Origin: Octopus vulgaris
Lineage: Eukaryota
Length of the DNA: 64,000 nt
Assembly (NCBI GenBank): GCA_951406725.2
Contig: OX597831.1
Coordinates: 66,154,001-66,218,000, forward strand
Reading direction: 5' to 3'
Shown: one piece after another, positions 12,911-23,878 of the stretch
Position numbering within the stretch: the stretch's first letter is position 1
Layout of the letters: each line of letters begins with the position of its first letter
The notes under the pieces: generated by a model
Seen by the model: the letters and a program-made list of their open reading frames with translations, nothing else
Told to the model about the DNA's origin: nothing
Databases searched by the model: none
Translations under genes and position numbers: made by a program

Positions 12911-14096
12911 TGGATCACAATGAAAGGGAAAGCCTGTATGCAAATATATGTGTTTTTCTAGTAACTTCCGTCACTGATTTCGAAAAGATCATTATTATTT
13001 AACAATATTTACCAGACAGGCAAAGTTAGCTCACTATCACATGTTTTAACCATTTATTCTATTGTTGATTCTAATGAATATTTGAAGAAAGGCATTAATA
13101 ATACTTCAACCTGTCCAAAAGTCTGAGGTTGGGCATAAAGACATCATTATTTTACATTACGGGAGAGATATTTTTGGCCTTGTACCTAGTCCAAAAATAC
13201 CAATAGACAGGCAAAAAATGTATGGGTTGTCTGCAATAAACTAGCAAGTAACTGGCAGGAAATAAGGATAACATCTTGAAAAATAAATAGTTATACATAT
13301 GTAGTGGTTAAGTGTGTATCAGTGAACATAGATGCAAACGGAATGTGTATGTAAACAAATACGTAAACCGATTCATGATTGAAAAGCATTTATTTACAGG
13401 GTTTGATTCATTATAGGTACGCTACATACAAAATGTAGGCAACTGCTATGAGTTGCTAGAAATACAGAGTATATATTAGGAATGAATATGCTTGTGTGTG
13501 TGCGTATGTGCGTGTTTCATTCGAAACAATAGTCTATCGGCACTTTGAACATTTCTCTCTGTCTCTGTCGTCTGCCAAAAACCTTGGGTTGTAGATAGAT
13601 CTATCTCATCTGTCTGCTCCCATCTCTGCTGCCATTGTCTGCCTACCTTTCTGTTTCACCCTTGTATTTATAATATTTGTGGCAGCTAGAATGACAGACA
13701 TACTGCAGCAGAGTTTGTACCTAAATAGGTCAGCGCTTGTCCAGTTGAACTTCGCCTGACATGATGAGGTCGCAGGTCAAAGGGAGATGATCAATCAATT
13801 TTTGACAGGACAAAGAAAACCTTTTTCGCGCCTGTTGATCGTCGTGGTTTGGACGACCGAGAATTCTTGGATTCGGTTTCGAATCTAGGCTTAGAGAAGG
13901 AAGTGTTAATTCTTACACATAAATAGAAGATAAAGTTTAAAATGAAAACAATTCTGAAAAGTGAGTTGCTATATTTGTCTTCAAGCTTTGTACATAGAAT
14001 TTGGTTAGATTTTACTTGTAGATGTTTTAGTCTTAGCTTTAGAGATGAATGTAAACTCTTTTTCAAGTGTGCCTTACTATTTTGAACCCCTTACAC

Positions 14097-14476
14097 GGAT
14101 CTTTTCGGTTTGAACGGCAGTTTTTTCGAGCAGTGTCATATGAAATTGTCACCCATAATTATGTCCCTAGTATCGATCTATTGCATTTCTGTCAATTTTA
14201 GGGTTAGGGTTTGTGGTGGGGGGAAGGGTATCTTTTTTCTTCACAAATGTAAATAAACCCAATCTGTTTCTAAAACGAGGGACATATTCATACGATTGGT
14301 TGAAATTGCAGAAATTGCAGAAAAAACAACATATATCTTAGAAACTATAGAATTTTCTCAATAAAGCCAAGAGAAAAAGATGTTTTATAAACACATTCTA
14401 CCAGTATACGAAGTTTAAAAGTGTTTAGTTACGTGGAAATTATTTTTAAAAACTGCCGTTCAAACCGAAAAGATCC
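14097..14476. mobile_element. Merlin-like MITE, second copy
   Basis: Same TIRs and body as 2232-2669, with a shorter TTAGGG tract and an internal deletion. Confidence 0.8.
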
Positions 14477-15002
14477 CTTCACTGCTTCAATTCCTATTCT
14501 TATAACATCTGGGCAACGAAAAGAGAGTGTTGTGTGTCCAGCCTGTTGCTATGTACGCCATACAATTAACAAATGACTGTTGGAATGTGTGACATATGAT
14601 GTTCAGTTAAGCAGAGGCCTAATGTGTCTGAAAATCTAGGTCTGTAGTTAACAGCCAATTGTTCAACTGTTGGTTTGCTTTGCCTTGGATTTGAGCCAAC
14701 TTAACGCCAAATATATGCGTAGCATAGTAGTTTAATGTTTTATAAAACAACCATAGTTTTTCAACATATTACGATGCAATTCCTAGTTTTGTGTTCAAAG
14801 GGAAATAACTTTATATTACTTTATATTACTGAAATTATTTCCCTTGGTTTATATTTCACTTACAGTAAGGCGACAACATGCAGTCATCTACAGATGTGGA
14901 ATTTTCCAAGAGAATATATTTATATCTTCGTTATTTTTTTTTCTACTTCCCCTTTGCTGTCTTGGACTATTTTTTTTTCTTGATAATTAATTAAGAACAT
15001 TA

Positions 15003-15410
15003 GCGTAGGAGTGGCTGTGTGGTAAGTAGCTTGCTTACAAACCACATGGTTCCGGGTTCAGTCCACTGCGTGGCACCTTGGGCGAGTGTCTTCTACTATA
15101 GCCTCGGGCCGACCAAAGCCTTGTGAGTGGATTTGGTAGACGGAAACTGAAAGAAGCCCGTCGTATATATATATATATGTATATATATATGTGTGTATGT
15201 TTGTGTGTTGTATTTGTCACCCCCCAACATCGCTTGACAGCCGATGCTGGTGTGTTTACGTCTCCATAACTTAGCGGTTCGGCAAAAGGGAATGATAGAA
15301 TAAGTACTGGGCTTACAAAGAATAAGTCCCGGGGTCGATTTGCTCGACTAAAGGCGGTGCTCCAGCATGGCCACAGTCAAATGACTTGAAACAAGTAAAT
15401 GAGTAAATAA
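15003..15410 (+). mobile_element. SINE family A
   Basis: Full-length match. Confidence 0.9.
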
Positions 15411-15825
15411 GTATCAAGTATGGAAAAAAATAGTGACTACTCTCTGTTTTGAGGTGAAAGGAAGATGTCACATCCGGTTTGTGGGTCGTGGGAAAAAGAA
15501 ACCAAAGTTGCAAGAGACGATTAAGCAAAGGATTTATCATGTTTTAACCAACAAAATACCTGAGATTAATGGCTTAATAAGAGTGTGTGGGTGGTGGGGT
15601 GATATGTGCACAAGATTGATGTGTGTAGGGGTTGTTTTTTTTGGAGGGCAAGATTGGGTGGGTGCCCAAACCTTTAATATGCGTGCCTTCATATGTGTCT
15701 ATGTGCATATGGATGTGTCAAAACTTTTGGCACCATTTTACCAAACTGCTAAGTTACAAAGGTATAAACAAACCAACTTCAGTTGTCAAATACAGGTGGG
15801 TGACAAATGCATATAAATGAGGCAA

Positions 15826-16052
15826 GTTGTCAAGCAATGCCAAGGGGACAAACACAGACACACAAACATACATATATATACATATATACGACGGGCTTCT
15901 TTCAGTTTCCGTCTACCAAATCCACTCACAAGGCTTTGGTCAGCCCAACGCTATAGTAGAAGACACTTGCCCAAAGTGCCACGCAGTGGGACTGAACCCG
16001 GAACCATGTGGTTGGTAAACAAGCTACTTACCACACAGCCACTCCTGCGCCT
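15826..16052 (-). mobile_element. SINE family A (5' half)
   Basis: Reverse complement of the head and body. Confidence 0.9.
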
Positions 16053-16307
16053 ATAATGATTTATATTTTGATACAAAAATAACAGTTCTATATTTAAAAG
16101 ATGAGGAATTACGTACATTATTTACAATTGATGGATATTTGTCCTCATCTTGTTTGTTGTTAACGTATATCAGCCGAAATGTTGAGTTAACAACAAACAA
16201 GATGAGGACAAATATCCATCGATTGTAAATAATGTAAATAAGTATAAAACAAATGTGTAACAAAACATATGCTTGTGCACGCGTGTACGTGAGTCTGTGT
16301 TTGTACT

Positions 16308-16347
<40 letters not shown>

Positions 16348-16382
16348 AACAGGTAGATAGATGAAGGTAAATATCAATTTAC

Positions 16383-16784
16383 GGCGAGCTGGCAGAATCG
16401 TTAGCACGCCGGGCAAAATGCTTAGCAGTATTTTGTCTGCCGTTACATTCTGAGTTCGAATTCCGCAAAGGTCAACTTTGCCTTTCATCCTTTCGGTGTC
16501 GATTAAATAAGTACCAGTTACGCACTGGGGTCAATAAAATCGACTTAATCCGTTTGTCTGTCCTTGTTTGTCCTCTGTGTTTAGCCCCTTGTGGGTAGTA
16601 AAGAAATAGATATTTCGTCTGTCTTTACGTTCTGAGTTCAAATTCTGCTGAGGTCGACTTTGCCTTTCATCCTTTCGGGGTCGATAAATTAATTACCAGT
16701 TACGTATTGGGGTCGATATAATCGACTTAATCCCTTTGTCTGTCCTTATTTGTCCTCTCTGTGTTTAGCCTCTTGTGGGTAGTA
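16383..16784 (+). mobile_element. SINE family B (internally duplicated)
   Basis: Same head and duplicated body as 9024-9441. Confidence 0.85.
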
Positions 16785-17286
16785 AATATCAATTCGGTTT
16801 CATATGTAAAGATTTTGTTTTATATTTTAATTGGTTTATGAATATATGACGAGCATTTCACCCTTGTCAAAGAAAACTATTTTTCTGCTTGGAATTCTAG
16901 TTATTTTAAGTGTAACCATTGTGTATTTATAAGATACAAATCCAGTAAATGGTTGTGTTATGTTATATGAACCTAAATGTAAGTAACGTTCTACAATTAA
17001 ATAATTACTCATCAGTAACCAAATCAAGTATTAGTCACATCCTATCGTGATCACTTGACAGTTTCTCCTCAAATACTAATCCTAATAAGCTAATTGAAAC
17101 AATATCTATCATTAAGGAAAAAATAAAACAACAAAATGAGTATACTCTTGATTAGTTCTCTGAAATATTTGCGGTTGTTCAGAGTTGATTAATTACGAGC
17201 GCAGAAATTCAAATATCATATGTTCACAGCTACTATTAATTGGTAATAAACCTTAGTGGAATATCATCAGGTTTATGTATTGAGCT

Positions 17287-17291
<5 letters not shown>

Positions 17292-17357
<66 letters not shown>

Positions 17358-17372
17358 TATCATCATCATCAT
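17292..17372. repeat. (CAT)n microsatellite, tail of a family C fragment
   Basis: Followed by TTTAACGTCCGTTTTCCG. Confidence 0.9.
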
Positions 17373-17571
17373 TTAACGTCCGTTTTCCGTACTAGCACGG
17401 GTTCAACGGAAGCACGGGTTATGTATGTGATTACTTGCTAGGTTAATTATATTTAACGGGGAAAACAGATAAATTTGTATCTAATAAACCTGGAAGCTTG
17501 TGTTCGGTTGGTATTAGAATAAGCTTCAAAATAATATGTTTGCTTAACTAAGGGAACAGGGGACAAATATA

Positions 17572-18968
17572 TGGGGTCTGATCAATAAGTATCCGGACTG
17601 TTGCTATAGTAACGAAGCTAAAGCACACAGAATGAAGCCCCTTGGCACAAATTGGCCATGAACTCTGCTGTGCATGTGCACTAAGTTTCAATGTTCTAGC
17701 TTACTTCTGCTGTTTACAGCAGTGCTCGGAAGGAACATGTGTAGCATGTGATCGTTGAATTGGAACAGTCAAAAAAACTGATAGGCATGAAGAGGACAAA
17801 GATGAAGTGGCCGAAAGCAAATGATGCAGTGAGTTATAAAAAATTTGACAACGAGGTAGCAAGAATGACCACCAAATTCAAAGGCGACGACGAACAAAAG
17901 CTCAAAAACCTGGCTAATACAATCTACCAGGAAGGAGAGAAAAGATTTGGAGTGGAAACAACAAGGAAGGTAGAATCAACAGCAAAGAGCAGACCATCGA
18001 GGAGAGAAAGATGGATGGCAAAGATTCGAGAAGAGAAGAAAAACCTCAGAACCAGATGGAGGGATGCAAAGGAGGAGGAAAGAGAAGGGCTAAAGCAGCT
18101 ATATGAAGGGATACATCGAAGAGGCCAGGGAACAGAAGAAAGAAGACATGCACCCAACACCAGAGCTGAAGACACCTCAGAAAGTGGGGGTCCTGCCATG
18201 TCAAAATGGTAGAGGAGTAGGGGCCGAAACCGGACGTGGTTCCTCCTGATGATGTCTTGACCTAACTGGATCTTATAAAGGAGCTGTTGTGGTAGCAGAC
18301 CACGAAACACAGTTGTAATTCCTTGCAGAAAGTGCATAGAGAGGAGTCTATGAGCTGCACACAAGTGTACAAGATGGCCGAAAAAATGTCAATAGTGAAA
18401 AACATTCTGGGAGACCAGCAGAACTGAGAAAAACATTGCAGATGTGTGTGCAGCTGTGAGGGGAGATGGTCGAATCCCCATCTGTGAGTTATCAGAGGAT
18501 GTGCAGATTAGTTACGGTTCAAATTATATACATTAGTTACGGTTCAGTTCAGTCCATTATCACTAACGATATGGGTATGGGATGCTTGTCTGCCAAGTTT
18601 GTGACAAAACTGCTTTCAGTTGACCAAAAAGACACTCAGGTTTCAGTTGCACAAGATCTCCTTCATTGTGTCAAGAATGATGAAAAATTTTTGAAAACTT
18701 TGTAAAGGCCTCTGATCAGGTATCACCAAGCTTTCGGCAAAATTTGATGCAGATTCTCTGCTCAACTTTATCATGAGCAATGTGGTGATCACACACTACA
18801 CACGTTCCTTCCAAGCATTGCTGTAAATAGAAGAAGTGAGCTAGAACATTAAAACTTAGTGCACGTGCACAACTGAGTTGAAGGTTAATCTGTACCAAGC
18901 AGCTTCACTCTGCATGCTTTAGCTTCGTTACTATGGCAACAGTCTGGATACTTATTGATCAGACCACG
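17572..18968. mobile_element. Mariner-derived element with ~190-bp inverted ends, TA TSD and nested retroelement fragments
   Basis: TA|TGGGGTCTGATCAATAAGTATCCGGACTG ... CAGTCTGGATACTTATTGATCAGACCACG|TA. Transposase remnants ISYGSVQSIITNDMGM..LSAKFVTKLLSVDQK (+, 18530-18705) and EQRICIKFCRKLGDT (-, 18716-18770). Confidence 0.85.
17760..18112 (+). mobile_element. Non-LTR retrotransposon fragment (HERO-like N-terminal region)
   Basis: KMKWPKANDAVSYKKFD...SRRERWMAKIREEKKNLRTRWRDAKEEEREGLKQL resembles the pre-RT region of HERO-clade elements (recalled similarity). Confidence 0.6.
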
Positions 18969-19574
18969 TATAGTTGTGTTAAATTTTGTGAGTTGCATTA
19001 AAATGGTGAGCTCATATCAAGATAAACAGTGCATGACCTTACAGGTGGAGTCCAATTAGAATTTTCTTCAGGTCAAGTAGCCCATCCTACTGGAAAGGTC
19101 CCTGAATAAGGTTAGTTTAAGGAGGATGAACAAAACACCCAAGTTCCCAGAGATGATTTATTCAAACCCCAAATAATTCCTCTCAACACATGGCTATGAT
19201 GGTCCTCCACTACTTCTGCTCGTGATCAGAGATGTACATATTGTCGACCACTAAGGGACATGCTCACACTGGTTAAGGTCAAACAACTGACAAGCAAATC
19301 TGTGGTATTGAGCAGAATATTTGCTGTATCCTATCTTTTATACCATGACAAAACAATGTACATGATAACACTTCCAATCAGTTAAGATCAAAAGCCATGA
19401 GAGCCACTGCCTGGTACTGCATCAGGGTTTTGATACTGCATCAGGGCATTTATGGTACTGCATCAGGGCATTTATTATTATTATTGTTATAATAAATATT
19501 AATATTATTATTAAGGCGGCAAGCTGGCAGAATCATTAACGTGCTGGATGAAATGCTTAATATCGATGAAATAA

Positions 19575-19838
19575 TAATAATAATGGATGAAGTGCAAAAG
19601 ATTGTCTTAACTGGTACATCACACGTATTGAGAAGAGCATTGTCAATGTGAGAACTATTACTACCCATGTATTTTAATTTGACTTTATTTCTATAAAAAA
19701 AAAAAAAAAATTAACGAACTAGTGAGTTTAGTTTAATGGCCTACCAATGTATACTATGAGTTTCTTTGCCCTAGGAGTCGGGAAGACACTCGGCAAGAAA
19801 TGGAAGCAAATTTGAAAGAAGAAGAAAAACCCATAAAT

Positions 19839-19890
<52 letters not shown>
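19575..19890 (+). mobile_element. R4/Dong-like LINE 3' end with (TAA)n tail
   Basis: EVQKIVLTGTSHVLRRAL C-terminal motif, then a 3' UTR and a long (TAA)n. Confidence 0.6.
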
Positions 19891-20087
19891 GGTGGCCAGT
19901 GCTGGAAGAAAGAAAGACAGAAAGAAAAAGAAAGAAAGTGAAAGGTGATGGTGATGGGGCATGATGATGGAATTTATGGTATTCAATCATGGAAATGGCT
20001 AGTAGACAGCAGGTTGACAAGTTCAAGAGATCTTAAAACTGATTGGAAGTCTTATCATGTACATTGTTTTTTGTTCATCACTACGGT

Positions 20088-20235
20088 CTGAGTTCAAATT
20101 TTGTTGAGGTCGACTTTACCTTTCATCCTTTCAGGGGTCAATAAAATAAGTACCAGTCGAACACTGGGGTTGATGTAATCGACTTAATAACCCCTTCCCC
20201 CAAAACTACTGCCCTTGTGGCAAAATTTGAAACCA
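20088..20235 (+). mobile_element. SINE family B-related fragment
   Basis: GAGTTCAAAT...CCTTTCATCCTTTC.GGGGTC.ATAAAATAAGTACCAG. Confidence 0.7.
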
Positions 20236-20550
20236 TTATTATTATTATTATTATTATTACTATTATTACTATTATTATTATTATTATTATTATTATTGCC
20301 TTTGCACAGCTTCTAACGTTGGAGATATACTACAGTGTCAGCTGTTCACTACCAGTGAACTAAGGTAACACTCCTTATTTTTCGAGCGCCTTCCAGAGTA
20401 TTCAAGCAGTTCCAAGCAGTGCTGTTTTCTGCAAGTGCTCCACCCTTATTGCAGCCCCTATTTGTTCCATGTACTTCTCAAGATTTTTACTCCCTGTTCC
20501 CAGGGCTCCGACAATTATTGGTACTACTACCATCTTTTTCAATGACCATA
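20236..20550 (-). mobile_element. R4/Dong-like LINE 3' end
   Basis: Minus-strand VVVPIIVGALGTGSKNLEKYMEQIG...LQKTALLGTA (restriction-like endonuclease C-terminus) with a (TAA)n tail. Confidence 0.8.
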
Positions 20551-22419
20551 ATTGAATTATGATGTTGTCATTGTCGGCGTTAGATGCAGTAAGAGTTGGT
20601 AGCTGTGATATAGTCGGTGATGAATTTCATTGTGTCATAACATGGAGAAAGTGAGCAATAGCTTCCTGGTGGCAACGCAAGCTAGACTCCCTAAGCAGAG
20701 AAAAACTGATCTATTCAAGGAAGTTGTTAGGCTCCACAGAGATGTGAAAGGTTTCTCTGCCAAAAGAACACATGGCCCATTTCAGTGCATCTGATTGGTT
20801 GACCAGGTAATTTGGTGTAATTGTTTAGGGGACAAATTGCACCTAAAAAACTAACCAATCAGAACAAATGGTTAAAACATGATCTTTATAGCTAAATGTT
20901 CTCTGCTATGTCCAAACAACAACTATAAATAAAAGGGAGAGAGAATAGTTTGTCATTTATGCTTTTGTTAATCCATTCTGATGTCACTAGTGACTTGTCA
21001 GCAATGTACATCTTTCAAAACTTGTACAATCTAATAACAAGCGATTAGGTGGCTGACTAGTTTCTACAATTGGTTGCAAATGATTAGGTTAGTTATGTCA
21101 CAAAGCTTCAGGAGCCTCAGTCATGATTTGCCTCCAAATAGTCTTTCACTAACATGTTACTACTACAAACACAAAGGCATAGTCCTTCTATTACTAACCT
21201 TACAGTAGCTTCTGCATATCTGAAGTAGTCAACTACACGATCTTTTCTAGTATACTCCTACTCAAAACATTTGAATCTTCTCATTTCATCTCTCCTACTG
21301 TCTCATCTTCCTGATTCTCTTGCAAATGTTGCATCCAATTCTTTCCTCAAGAAACTGTAATTCTCTGAAATTCTCTCACTGCCTAAATTTTTCTTGCAAA
21401 CATTGACCTTCAGTTGGTCAAACCACACATCAACTGCATCAGTCTCTCCAGCATAGGAACCCATGCACCAACTTATATATTCCAATTCCATGAGGAATTA
21501 CTTCTTATCAGAGATTCTGTCTACTGATTATTATTGATATGAAAATATAGCTAGAGATTAAAATAACTTTACTATTTTGAAGTTTAGAAACCAATAAATA
21601 TTCTAGCGATTCCCCAACATCTGAATACTTTTTCTTTCATAGTTTCTAGATAGAAAGTCTGAAGAAAGAACAAGATTGATTAGGTGAGAGGCTGTAGTGC
21701 TTGGAAAACTATTCAAGAGTTTAAGCCAGAGTAGCAGGCCAATGTCTGCAGTAGGATATAAAATATTTTTATAAATGTAATTGTATTATTTGAATACCCT
21801 TATTTAATAAATGATTATAACTTGTTGTAATGTTCCATGTGTTTATGAATTAAATTTCTATATAGATAATTGTTATACATGTAAGCTAGGCGCCTCTCTC
21901 TACTTCAGTTTTTCTAAAGTTATATTCATTTTTTATGATCTTAAAATAGAATTAAAAGGGTTCCCTTAGTTAACTTGGCATCTGTCACCCAAAACACCAA
22001 ATCTTTGTTTCACTCAGAAATTCTTTTGCTGTGTGTGTGTCTACACATGTGTGTGTGTTCATGCGTGTATATATTTTCATTTTAATCTTTTGGTGATAAG
22101 GAAGGGTAATACCCATAATCCTTTTCAGACCAACCAAGACTGGAAGGAGGGAGAGAGTTTAAGTATCCCTAAACTGAAGCTTTAACTTAACCTAGTACTT
22201 ACAAGGCACCCAGGGTAGCAGGTGGTGGGTTAAGTTAGACAATGGATTACGTCTACCATACCAGAAGGCCTTGGTAGGATTTGAGCTCAGGACAGAGAGA
22301 CCTGAGATGAATACCAGAAGATATTCGTTTTGATTCTTACAATTCTATCAATTAACTGTCCTGGGGTGGTTATGTTTTTATTCATCTTGAAAGGATATAA
22401 AGTTATGTTGATCTTGGAA

Positions 22420-23100
22420 GAATTAAGGTTAAGGTTCTATCTGGTAGTCTAAGCTGTCTTGCCTAGAAGGTAATCTAGTTTTACACAATCTGGCAAAATG
22501 ATGTTTACCACTGCATTTGTCACAAACATTTCCAGCAGCTGGACACTTGTCTTTAGCATGTTTGTAACCACATTGTCTACACTGAGGCTATTCTTTTGTT
22601 CTACCTTTAGGGTCATACTTTCTTCTTGGACCCCTTCTGATATTTATGGCATTGATTTCTTTGCATGTTTCTCAATCATCACATTTTTCTTAGGTTCACA
22701 GTATTCCTGAAACTTTTGCTTCACTTCGTCGTAATTCTTGCTATCCGCTTCCTCACTCCACTCAAAAGAGTAAAACACTTGAACTGCAGCCTCTTTTGCC
22801 ATGTGTAGCACACTTCACATTCTGTGATTTAGTTGCAATTCTGCTAGCTGTAAGGTAAAGTTCAAACCTTTGTATCCACCATTTCCAGCTCTTGGCTACA
22901 TTGCCTTCAAGATTAAGCTCATTCAGGCTTCTTATCTGATCCATTCGGGCAACTGTTCAATCCCACTTCTGACACCATGCAAATTATGACATGACACAGG
23001 GTGCAGCCATTACTATGTTTTTATTTACATCGTCATACATACAAACTTGTGACGTCACACTTTTGTGAGCACATCTTAATGTAAAGTCACTCTCATTACA
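22420..23100 (-). mobile_element. Gypsy-like LTR retrotransposon 5' fragment: short LTR, PBS and degenerate gag
   Basis: Putative LTR TG...CA at 22978-23100. PBS TGGTGTCAGAAGTGGGAT at 22960-22977. gag-like MDQIRSLNELNLEGNVAKSWKWWIQRFELYLTAS...FQEYCEPRKNV. Confidence 0.85.
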
Positions 23101-23366
23101 CCAATGTAAAGAATTAAATAATATTTATTGATTATAAATGATTTTTCAATTTATTTGTTCCCCAAACTGATCAAGATAAACACACCAAAAATTTTTCATT
23201 CAGTTTAGTGCTTTGCATCAGTTAAGAGTGAGTCAATTCCATTCCATACAGTGAGAAAAAAATACGGCAAATTTCAGCTGCGAACTTGTCTGGTGTCAAG
23301 TGAATGAAGTGAACTGTTTGGATTTCTCTTTAAATAACCAAAATGTGGCTTACAGATTACTAGGTT

Positions 23367-23440
23367 CTGATTGCTAAAATCTCTAATTGGTTAACATTTC
23401 TGATTGGTTAAAAATCTCTCAAATTCTGATTGGTTAAAAT
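23367..23440. promoter_or_regulatory. Cluster of inverted CCAAT-box-like repeats
   Basis: CTGATTGC, CTAATTGGTTAA and two copies of CTGATTGGTTAA within ~75 bp. Function is inferred only. Confidence 0.3.
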
Positions 23441-23554
23441 GACACATATGACAAAAAGGGAACTAAAATGTCAGCAGTCAAGATGGTTCTGCCACACAGC
23501 CACTAAACTACTAATATTTAGTCAGTTTGAGTAGAAAGAGAAATGTTTCTACTT

Positions 23555-23878
<324 letters not shown>

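Noticed and set aside
15003-15080. tRNA genes at SINE heads (also 9024, 43880)
   Set aside because: A/B boxes are present, but there is no complete cloverleaf and the sequences continue into SINE bodies.
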